Origin: a virus
Taxonomy: Duplodnaviria > Caudoviricetes
DNA: 28,524 bases
Direction: 5' to 3' (one strand)
Virus record (IMG/VR): IMGVR_UViG_3300031519_000159
Span: 1 to 28,524 of that record
Shown: positions 6,483 to 15,900 of the stretch, one piece after another
Numbering within the stretch: position 1 is the first letter of the stretch
Layout of the letters: each line of letters starts with the position of its first letter
Notes under the pieces: generated by a model
Seen by the model: only the letters and a program-made list of their open reading frames with translations
What the model was told of the DNA's origin: nothing
The model's database searches: none
Position numbers and translations under genes: made by a program

Positions 6483-8960
6483 ATGTCAAACAGTAAATAT
6501 ACAAGAACTACATCGAGTCTTAAAGCTGGATTTAAAGACTCCGGCCCGTACGAAGCATTAGTCATTAGTAATCTAGACACAAAATATATGGGTGGCCTGA
6601 CGGTAGAGCTGTTAAAATATACAAGTTCAGGCAGCGCCCCTGAACGTAGTGGACAACTAATAAATGTTAAATATCTAAGCCCGTTTTATGGAGTAACTCC
6701 AAATGCTGCACTTACAGCAAATGACGGATACGAGCACACACAGAAATCATACGGTATGTGGATGGTGCCGCCAGATGTAGGTGCTAAAGTACTTGTAATG
6801 TTTGCAGAAGGTAATGCAAACTTTGGTTACTGGATTGGGTGCATTCCTGCAGACTATATGAATTTTATGGTTCCAGATGGCCGAGCATCAACTGAAAACA
6901 CAACTGAAATTACGCCGCCGCCGTTGAAAGGAAGAAAACTTCCAACAGGCGAATATAACAAGGCGATCGAAACTGGTGCAAAAGTTGACCCTACTCTTTT
7001 CAATAAACCTTATAATAAAGATTTTACTGAGTCTTTAGAAATACAAGGTTTGTTAAATGACGAAGCACGGGGAACAACTACTTCTAGTGCAAGACGAGAA
7101 ATGCCTAGTATGGTATTTGGCATTAGTTCTCCTGGACCAAAAGACCGCAGAGATGGTCACCCAACTGTAGAAATTGGATCAGCAGGAAATAAAGTAAGTG
7201 TTCCGTCTAATAGATTAGGCGGCACCTCATTTGTAATGGACGACGGCGATGAGAGATTTGTGCGTACAACCCACGCAGAAGATGGCCCGCCAATCTATAA
7301 AAACAAAGGCAACAATGAAGCCGGCGGCGACAGAACTATTCCACAAAACGAATTAATGCGTTTTAGAACTAGGACCGGACATCAAATACTAATGCACAAC
7401 AGTGAAGATTTAATCTACATCGGAAATGCTCGTGGTACAACTTGGATTGAAATGACCAGCGATGGTAAAATTGATATTCATGCACAAGACAGTGTTAGTA
7501 TTATGACTGAGAATGATCTAAACATTACTGCTGAACGTGACATAAACATGGAAGCAGGCAGAAATGTTAATATCAAAGCAGCAGGCCGAAAGCCCGGAAC
7601 AACAAGCGGAAGAGTACAGATAGAATCTAAGAAAGACTTTAATTTATCAGTTGGCGAAAACAGTAAAATTACAGTAGGAAAAAATCAACATATTGCTGTA
7701 AAAGCATCACAGTATATTGATACAGCAAAGACATTACATATTCACACAGGACAAGATAACAGACTTACATCTGATGGATCGACTCATATTATTAGTGCTA
7801 AAGAGCATAGAGAAACAGCAACATATGTGCATATGAATGGACCAAAGGCAGCACGAGCAAATACTGCTCAACAAGTAACGCCACTGTCACTAAACACACT
7901 ACCGCGTATTAAACCAGGCGGCGCCATATCTGGCTACGAAAGTATATTAGCAAGATCGCCACAGCACGAACCGTGGCCCCACCACGAAAATTTAGATCCG
8001 TTATCATTTAAGAAAAGCGAAACAGACAGAGATTATCCTGGTGCCCTCCCCAGTTCAGATCGTGTACTCACGCCTGATACGTTTAATAAAAACATACAAG
8101 GCAGAACGTCAAGCGCAGTTGTATCAGGCAGCGGCGGCAACATTAGTACAGGAAATGCAAGTCGTCCAGGCGGCAATGGACAACAAGGCGTACCCCCAGG
8201 CGACTATAGTAGTGACTATACGTTTGATGGGAACATTGGTGCATTAAGTGAAAAATATGAATCACGCGGAAATCCTGCTATTATTGGTTGGGATAGTACC
8301 GGCGGCTGGAGTTATGGAAAATACCAACTTGCAGCAAATACAGGTTCATTGAATGAATTCCATAGCTGGCTATCTAGAGCACATCCTGACATAGAATCAC
8401 AGCTAGCAGCAGCAGGAGGCCCATCATCGGCTAAAGCTGGAACTGAAGCATACAAAGCAGCGTGGACTCAAGTAATGGGAACAGCCGCAGGCGCAGCAGC
8501 ACAAAGCGAATATGCAGGCCTGCAATACTTTGTTCCTGGTGCCAAACGAATTAAAAAAGGCGCAGGATTAGATGTTATGGAAAGAGCGTTTACAGTGCAA
8601 CAAATGGCATTTTCTACAGCAATACAACACGGTAACGGCGGCGCATCATCTGTATTCCGTAATGCATTAAAGGGACTAGGATATCCGTCAAACGAAATAA
8701 CTGCAACAAATCCTACGGACGCTGCGTTAATTAGAGCAGTTTATGCAGAACGTAGATCCGAAAACGGAGCTCGTTACTTTAAAAAGAGCACACAAAGCGT
8801 TAGGAATAGTGTTGTTAATAGATTCCACAATGAAGAAGCAGATGCACTTAAAAGTCTAGAACAAGAAATTAAAAAAGCACAGGAAAATCCACCGACTGTA
8901 GATCCAACGGATAACAGTGCTGCTACAAAAACAGTTTCACCTACAAGTAATCCACAATAA
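6483..8960 (+). CDS. gp5: Baseplate central spike (gp5/VgrG-like): OB-fold, beta-helix and C-terminal lysozyme-like (VgrG3-C-like) domain
   Basis: OB-fold GPYEALV...YGMWMVPPDVGAKVLVMF...YWIGC; beta-helix RTRTGHQILM...WIEMTSDGKIDIHA...DLNITAERDINMEAGRNVNIKA; C-terminal LSEKYES...GGWSYGKYQL...STAIQHG. Confidence 0.88.
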   Translation: MSNSKYTRTTSSLKAGFKDSGPYEALVISNLDTKYMGGLTVELLKYTSSGSAPERSGQLINVKYLSPFYGVTPNAALTANDGYEHTQKSYGMWMVPPDVGAKVLVMFAEGNANFGYWIGCIPADYMNFMVPDGRASTENTTEITPPPLKGRKLPTGEYNKAIETGAKVDPTLFNKPYNKDFTESLEIQGLLNDEARGTTTSSARREMPSMVFGISSPGPKDRRDGHPTVEIGSAGNKVSVPSNRLGGTSFVMDDGDERFVRTTHAEDGPPIYKNKGNNEAGGDRTIPQNELMRFRTRTGHQILMHNSEDLIYIGNARGTTWIEMTSDGKIDIHAQDSVSIMTENDLNITAERDINMEAGRNVNIKAAGRKPGTTSGRVQIESKKDFNLSVGENSKITVGKNQHIAVKASQYIDTAKTLHIHTGQDNRLTSDGSTHIISAKEHRETATYVHMNGPKAARANTAQQVTPLSLNTLPRIKPGGAISGYESILARSPQHEPWPHHENLDPLSFKKSETDRDYPGALPSSDRVLTPDTFNKNIQGRTSSAVVSGSGGNISTGNASRPGGNGQQGVPPGDYSSDYTFDGNIGALSEKYESRGNPAIIGWDSTGGWSYGKYQLAANTGSLNEFHSWLSRAHPDIESQLAAAGGPSSAKAGTEAYKAAWTQVMGTAAGAAAQSEYAGLQYFVPGAKRIKKGAGLDVMERAFTVQQMAFSTAIQHGNGGASSVFRNALKGLGYPSNEITATNPTDAALIRAVYAERRSENGARYFKKSTQSVRNSVVNRFHNEEADALKSLEQEIKKAQENPPTVDPTDNSAATKTVSPTSNPQ

Positions 8961-8963
8961 TTA

Positions 8964-8972
8964 AGGTAAATA
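8964..8972 (+). promoter_or_regulatory. Putative late promoter AGGTAAATA upstream of gp25
   Basis: TAAATA at 8967-8972 in a 16-nt intergenic gap. The identical 9-mer AGGTAAATA occurs at 9444-9452. Confidence 0.6.
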
Positions 8973-8976
8973 TAGT

Positions 8977-9417
8977 ATGAGCCAATTAGAAAAAAATCTT
9001 TATAAACGAGTAACTGTAAGTCAGCCTGCACAAGCAGCAACTACAGGCCGGAAGTATAGAGGTTTTAGTACAGTTGCAGATGCTAAAAGCTTCAGTATTT
9101 ACGACTTTGAATTAATTAAGCAAGATTTAATTAATCACTTCCATATACGTCAAACTGAAAAATTAAGTGACCCTACATTCGGCACTATTATCTGGGATAT
9201 ATTATATGAACCGTTTACTGTTGAAGTACAGGAAGCAATAATCGAGGATGTTACTCGAATTATTAATTACGACCCTAGAATAAAAGCTGAAAATATTATT
9301 ATCGATACATATGAGCAAGGTATACAAATTGACTGCACTATATCAGTACTTCCATTTGGCATAACTGATCAACTACGCTTTAAATTTGATAAAGATAACG
9401 GTCTACTCCAACAATAA
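8977..9417 (+). CDS. gp25: Baseplate wedge/sheath-initiator protein (gp25-like)
   Basis: DFELIKQDLINHFHIRQTEKLSDPTFGTIIWDILYEP...IINYDPRI is the GPW/gp25 pattern. Located between the spike and gp6. Confidence 0.92.
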   Translation: MSQLEKNLYKRVTVSQPAQAATTGRKYRGFSTVADAKSFSIYDFELIKQDLINHFHIRQTEKLSDPTFGTIIWDILYEPFTVEVQEAIIEDVTRIINYDPRIKAENIIIDTYEQGIQIDCTISVLPFGITDQLRFKFDKDNGLLQQ

Positions 9418-9421
9418 AAAT

Positions 9422-9452
9422 TAAATACACACATTATCATTTCAGGTAAATA
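9422..9452 (+). promoter_or_regulatory. Putative late promoter region (TAAATA at 9422-9427 and 9447-9452) upstream of gp6
   Basis: Two TAAATA boxes in the 58-nt gap, followed by SD AAGGA (9464-9468) and ATG 9476. Confidence 0.65.
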
Positions 9453-9475
9453 CATTAGTAAACAAGGAAAATGAT

Positions 9476-12400
9476 ATGTCTTCAAATGATAGACAGTCTA
9501 GGCTATTAGTAGCAGAGGACTGGAAAAGAATTTACCAAAGCTTTAGGAACGCAGATTTCCAAAGCTACGATTTTGATAACCTTAGACGCACAATGATTAA
9601 CTATTTGCGTCAAAACTATCCAGAAGACTTTAACGATTACATTGAATCGAGTGAATATCTTGCGCTAATTGATATGATTGCTTTCCTTGGGCAAAACTTA
9701 TCATTCCGTATTGATTTAAACGCTCGCGAAAACTTCCTTGAAACAGCAGAGCGCAGAGAAAGCGTATTGCGTCTAGCACGTATGCTGTCTTACAATCCTC
9801 GCAGAAACCAAGCAGCTAACGGCTTACTTAAATTCGACACAATTAAAACAACAGAAAGTCTTTTAGATAGTAATGGTTTAAACATGGCAGGAATTACTGT
9901 TAAGTGGAATGACCAAACTAACTCAAACTATTTTGAACAGTTTGTTAAGATTATGAATTCGGCATTACCGTTGTCCAACTCAATTGGCAATCCTTTAAAG
10001 TCTGCACTAATTGCAGATGTACAAACACAAAAATATCGATTGCAAGCTACAAACACTGGACAAGCAATTTATCCGTTTACTAAACGCATCGAAGGCGTAA
10101 GCACACGTTTTGAAGTTGTAAGCACTGACATTTCAGATGAGAATATTTTAGAAGAAGCGCCGCTTCCGGGCAATAGTCCTGCGTTTCTGTTTAGAGATGA
10201 CGGCCAAGGCGCCGGCTCAAATAACACAGGATTCTTTATGCACTTCCGTCAAGGTAAACTTGAAACAGGAAATTTTGCAGTAACAAATCCAACACCAAAC
10301 CAAGCAGTTCAAATTGATGCTGAAAATATTAACGATAGTGATGTGTGGGTATTTGCATTAAATAGCGCAGGGTTCGAAAGTAGCGAGTGGACAAAAATTG
10401 ATGCAGTAGAGGGCAATAATGTTATTTACAATAGTTTGTTTAATAAAACTAGAGATGTATTTGCAGTAACAACACGCATCGGCGACAGGATTAATTTAAA
10501 CTTTAGTGACGGAGTTTTTGGAAATTTGCCATCAGGTAACTTTAAAGCATACTATAGAACTAGTAGTAATTTACGTAGTGTAATTACTCCAAGTGCAATA
10601 AGCACAGTGAGCATTGATATTCCGTATCAGTCAAGAAACGGAACTGCGCAAGTACTTACTATCGGTCTTAAATTAAACTACACAGTTAGCAATGGTACCG
10701 CTACTGAAACTAATACAGAAATTAAACAAAATGCACCTGCAACTTATTATACACAAAACAGATTAATTACAGGTGAAGACTATAACATCGGCCCACTTGC
10801 AATTAGTCAAGACATTATCAAAACTAAAAGCTCAAACAGAATTTCAAGCGGTATTAGCCGCTTTTTTGACCTAAAAGACGCAAGCGGCAAATATTCAAAT
10901 ACTAGTTTGTTTGCAGACGATGGTGTAATTTATAAAGAAGAATTTGTCGAAAAACAATCATTCACATTTGCAACACAAACTGACATTGAAGGCGTTATAT
11001 ATAATACTATTGAAGGCATTTTAGGTAGTGTTAATGCACAAAATTTTTACCTTGCAAAATATCCAAAAATTATTGTTAGTGATCTTAATGCAACTTGGAA
11101 TCAGTCTAGTACTAGTACAAATCAGTCATTAGGTCTAATACAAGATATTGATAGTAATCCGTATAATGTAGGAGCGTTTACTGCTAATAGTTTAAGGTTG
11201 TTAGAAGCCGGCGCAATGTTAAAGTTTGTTGCTCCAACAGGCAATCATTTTATGCCAGACGGCACACTAATGGCTGACGGCGCAGCAGGCGATCACTTAG
11301 GAAAAACAACATACAAATGGTGTAAGGTAATTTCTGTATCAGGTAACGGAACAGTAATAGACGAAGATGGAATTGCTCCTATCAAACTAAATGATGTTAT
11401 TCCAACAGGCGCAATACTACAACAAGTTATTCCAAACTTTTCTAAAGTATTAATTAATGATGTAAAAACGCAATTAATTGACCAAACATTTGAATACAAA
11501 GATTTTGCATTACGCTATGATCAATACGATCGACAGTGGAAAATTGTACTAGCAGAAGACATTAATACAGTTAGTGGATTTGCTACAGGTAAGGCAGGAG
11601 ACATTACTGGTGAAAATCTTGATGCAAGTTGGATGCTCTACTTTAAAACAGATGGTGAAAAATATACAATTACATACCGCAATTTAAGATATGTAATGGA
11701 AAGCGCAGACGAAATTAGATTCTTCTTTGATGCTGCTGATAGGATTTATGATCCTGCAACAGGACAAATTGTTAGAGACAAAATTGATATTCTAAACATT
11801 AATCGAAAGCCTGGAGAATTAATTCCGTTTACAAGAGACTTTAACTGGACAATTACTGATGCATATAGAGACGCTGACGGATACTTAGATAGTCGTAAAA
11901 TACAAGTTCAATTTATTGATCTTGATGATGACGGCGTAATCGATGATCCTGATATTTTTGAGCAAATTGTTGGCGAAGAAGACGTTGCTATTGCTACAGT
12001 TAACAAAATTATATTTCAAAAGAAATATACAACAACTGATGGTGTAGAAGACTTTAAGTATTTTGCAAACACAACTGCTGAAATAATAGTAATACAAAAC
12101 GAAGCGGCTATTGCTCCGTACAGCACACGTTTAGAAGGACAGATATTTTATCTAATTGATGAAGGTATATTTAGAAAGCTTAATAAAGTACTGAACAATA
12201 CTACTATTAATACAGATTATAAAGCATATTTTGGCCGCGCAGATTTAAAATTCCATTACATTCACGTTGCTGATAGCGGTTATAGAATAGACCCAAGTGC
12301 AAGTAACATTATTGATACTTACATCTTATCTAAAACTTATGATACACAAGTAAAACAATATATTGCTGGAACAACTTTAATACAACCTAAACCACCGAGC

Positions 12401-12958
12401 AATGACGAATTGTTTAGAAGCTACGGCACTGAAATAAACAAAATAAAAAGTTTAAGTGACGAAGTAATTTATCACCCTGCAAAGTATAAAATACTATTTG
12501 GTGATAAGGCATCAGCAGACCTACAAGTTAAGTTTAAAATTGTTAAAAATGCTAGTATGGTTATTAACGATAATGAACTTAAATCAGACATAATCGAAGC
12601 TATTAATAAATTCTTTGATATTGAAAATTGGGACTTTGGAGAGACGTTTTACTTCCAAGAACTTAGTGCCTATATCATAAACCAGCTGTCTCCAAAACTG
12701 GTAAGTATACTAATAGTACCGCGCCAAACTACACAATCGTTTGGTAGCCTATTTGAAATAAAGAGTGAGCCAGATGAAATATTTGCAAGTGCAGCTAAAG
12801 TGAGTGATATCGAAACAATTGATCAATTAACAGCAACTAACCTACAAGCAACCGGTACAGTAATTAATAATGTATCAACAGCTATAACATCAGGAATATC
12901 AAGTAGTGCATCAGCAACAACAACTAGTACAACAACAGGTGGAGGCTATAGTTACTAA
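9476..12958 (+). CDS. gp6: Baseplate wedge protein (gp6/gpJ-like), enlarged
   Basis: DFDNLR...F.DY.ESS...FLETAERRESVLRLARMLSYNP, FSDGVFGNLP and TQNRLITGEDY are gp6 hallmarks. C-terminal WDFGETFYFQEL. Confidence 0.92.
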   Translation: MSSNDRQSRLLVAEDWKRIYQSFRNADFQSYDFDNLRRTMINYLRQNYPEDFNDYIESSEYLALIDMIAFLGQNLSFRIDLNARENFLETAERRESVLRLARMLSYNPRRNQAANGLLKFDTIKTTESLLDSNGLNMAGITVKWNDQTNSNYFEQFVKIMNSALPLSNSIGNPLKSALIADVQTQKYRLQATNTGQAIYPFTKRIEGVSTRFEVVSTDISDENILEEAPLPGNSPAFLFRDDGQGAGSNNTGFFMHFRQGKLETGNFAVTNPTPNQAVQIDAENINDSDVWVFALNSAGFESSEWTKIDAVEGNNVIYNSLFNKTRDVFAVTTRIGDRINLNFSDGVFGNLPSGNFKAYYRTSSNLRSVITPSAISTVSIDIPYQSRNGTAQVLTIGLKLNYTVSNGTATETNTEIKQNAPATYYTQNRLITGEDYNIGPLAISQDIIKTKSSNRISSGISRFFDLKDASGKYSNTSLFADDGVIYKEEFVEKQSFTFATQTDIEGVIYNTIEGILGSVNAQNFYLAKYPKIIVSDLNATWNQSSTSTNQSLGLIQDIDSNPYNVGAFTANSLRLLEAGAMLKFVAPTGNHFMPDGTLMADGAAGDHLGKTTYKWCKVISVSGNGTVIDEDGIAPIKLNDVIPTGAILQQVIPNFSKVLINDVKTQLIDQTFEYKDFALRYDQYDRQWKIVLAEDINTVSGFATGKAGDITGENLDASWMLYFKTDGEKYTITYRNLRYVMESADEIRFFFDAADRIYDPATGQIVRDKIDILNINRKPGELIPFTRDFNWTITDAYRDADGYLDSRKIQVQFIDLDDDGVIDDPDIFEQIVGEEDVAIATVNKIIFQKKYTTTDGVEDFKYFANTTAEIIVIQNEAAIAPYSTRLEGQIFYLIDEGIFRKLNKVLNNTTINTDYKAYFGRADLKFHYIHVADSGYRIDPSASNIIDTYILSKTYDTQVKQYIAGTTLIQPKPPSNDELFRSYGTEINKIKSLSDEVIYHPAKYKILFGDKASADLQVKFKIVKNASMVINDNELKSDIIEAINKFFDIENWDFGETFYFQELSAYIINQLSPKLVSILIVPRQTTQSFGSLFEIKSEPDEIFASAAKVSDIETIDQLTATNLQATGTVINNVSTAITSGISSSASATTTSTTTGGGYSY

Positions 12959-15900
12959 TGGCTAAGAATGATCAGAACGAAAGCGCACTACCTGTTCCAG
13001 GACAGAATAATAAAATTACTGCAAGTGATTTTTTACCAAAGTTCTTTAGAACTCAAGCTAATAAAAAGTTTTTACAAGGAACACTTGACCAACTTATACA
13101 GCCTGGTGTTGCCGAAAAGATTAATGGGTACTACGGCAGAACAACTGCAAAAGCATACAAAACTACAGACAACTATATAGATGATATAAATGCTGACAGA
13201 ACTAACTATCAGCTAGAACCTGCTACGGTTATTAAAGACAACTACGATAATGTAACTTTTTATAAAGATTATAATGATTATATAGGACAACTTAGTGTAT
13301 ACGGTGCTAACACAGATAATCACAGTCGCTTAAACAGTCAAGAAACATATGCTTGGAACCCAAGTATTGATTGGGATAAGTTTGTAAACTTCCGTGAATA
13401 TTACTGGATGCCAAATGGTCCTATTAGTATTCCTGTAAGAGGACAAAGCAGAGATATTGTTAGTACATACTCTGTTACTACAGAAGATCAAGGCGATAAT
13501 ATTGCTTATGTTTTTAATGACGGACTAACACGCAACCCTAACTTGAAATTATACAGAGGTCAAACATATCGATTTGAAATTGACACACCTGGACATCCAA
13601 TGGCAATTGCCATTAGTAGAACGTTTACTCCTGGATCGGCAATTTTAACAGCAGGAACAGAAGGATTAAGATCTAGCGGATTATTTGATGCAACGCTTTA
13701 CGGTAATGAGTATGACCAAGGGGAGTATATTATTTTACCAAGCGGCGGCAGCGTAACATTTGCAGCTGACGACAATGTTTCGACACTTTATCCAGATGGC
13801 ATTCGTAAGCTAGGCGAAGAAGGCGAAGAAGTTGCAATTGCGTACATTGAAAAAGGCACAATTGAATTTACTATTCCGTTTAATGCACCTGATAGGCTTT
13901 ATTATATTAGTAAAAATGCTGTTGATACTAGCGGGCAATTTAGAATTTATGACATTGAAGAAAATGCATTCCTTGATGTTACAGCAGACATTATAGGTAA
14001 GAAAACGTATACTAGTGCAAACGGTGTTGCATTATCAAACGGAATGAAAATTAAATTCCAAGGTGATGTATTACCGATTGAATACGATACTAACGATTGG
14101 TATGTTGAAGGCGTTGGCAACAAGATTAAATTAATTAAAGATCAAGATTTAATTATACCAGCAGCATATAGCGATACTAAGCGTATTGCATTTGATAGTG
14201 ACAACTTTGATACACTTCCCTTTAGTGATGCAAGTGCATATGCAACAGAAAAGGATTATATTGTTGTTAACAGAGCAAGCCCTGATAGAAATGCATGGAG
14301 TCGTTATAATAGATGGCATCATAAAGATGTAATTTTAAAAAGTTTTGAATATAATGACATTCCAAGATCTGTTGACGAAGCATCTCGTGCAAAGCGTCCT
14401 ATTATTGAATTCGAAGCAGGGTTAAAGTTAAACAATTTTGGAGCATTTGCTAAACAAGATGTTGATTTAATTGATACATTCACAACAGATGTGTTTAGTA
14501 CAATTGAAGGACAGATAGGATATAATATTGATGGTGTCAACTTAGCTGATAACATGCGTATTTTGTTCGCAGCAGATACTGATATTTTAGTAAGCGGCAA
14601 AATATACCAAGTTAAATTTGTTAAAATTGGAAATGTTAGGCAGATTAGTTTAATTGAAACTACTGATACATTGCCTGTTGATCTCGAAACAGTGTTAATT
14701 ACACAAGGTGTAAAAAATGCAGGTAAGAGTTATCACTTCCACGGAGCAAAGTGGACTGCTGCACAAGAAAAAACAAAACGGAATCAACATCCGATGTTTG
14801 CAGTATACGATGTTAATGGTAATAGTTTTAGTGATGAAACATACTACGGCTCGACTACGTTTAACGGCACCAATATATTTTCATATGCTACAGGCGAAGG
14901 CACACTAGATACTGAACTAGGGTTTCCATTAAGTTATAAGTCTATTAATAATTCTGGTGATATTGTTTTTAATTTTAATTTATTAAATGATACATTTACA
15001 TTCCAAACAGAAACTAATTTATATACCCAGGCAATTAAAAGTGGGTATTTAAAGAAATATAGCTCGCTTACTAAATTTTCATATGTAAATGGATTTAGTA
15101 ATACTCCTACACTTAGTAAACAGTATGTTATAAAAGAATATACTGCAACTGACATACAGATTAATAATTTTGAAATTAATGTTTACGATAATTCAAGCAG
15201 TATTGCTGATTTAAAAGTAGTTGTTTTTGTTAACAATAAACTGCAATTAATTAATACTGATTATACAATTGACAAAACAACGGAAAATGCAATTGTTACT
15301 TTTGTAAAAGATTTAGTAGCTACTGATGTTATTAAAATTAAGACAGATAGTAAAACTGTAAAAAATTCTAACGGTTATTACGAGTTCCCTTACAACTTAG
15401 AACGCAATCCTCTAAACGACGATGTTAATCAATTCACACTTGGTGAAGTAATTGATCATGTTGATAGTATGCTGGAAGACATTCCTGGATACGTTGGCAC
15501 ATACCTTGGCTCTGGTAATTTGAGAGATTTAGGAGATCTAGATAAGTTTGGTAAGAGATTTGTAAAACATAGTGGACCGATTAACTTACCATTATATCAC
15601 GTGACTAACAAAAGTTATAATATTGTAAAAGCATTAAAATATTCTAAAAAAGAGTATTCGAAATTTAAGAAAACTTTCTTAGATACTGCTGTAACACTAG
15701 GGTATGATGGACCAGTTAAAGTTCACGTTGATCTTGTTTTAAAAACAATTAACAGTGATAAATTAAAGTCACAGCCGTTTTACTTTTCTGATATGCTCGC
15801 CGCCGGATCAGCTAATAAAATTGATTATACAGTTTTAGATTCAAGAACAACTGACTATCCTATTACTAATAATTTTAATTTAACTAGATTAACTTCGTCT

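Noticed and set aside
5230-12958. Shared C-terminal Gly-Gly-aromatic sorting signal (GGF, GGSF, GGGYSY)
   Set aside because: More simply explained by embedded GGAGG Shine-Dalgarno sequences for the next gene, so it is kept only as an alternative in the coupling finding.
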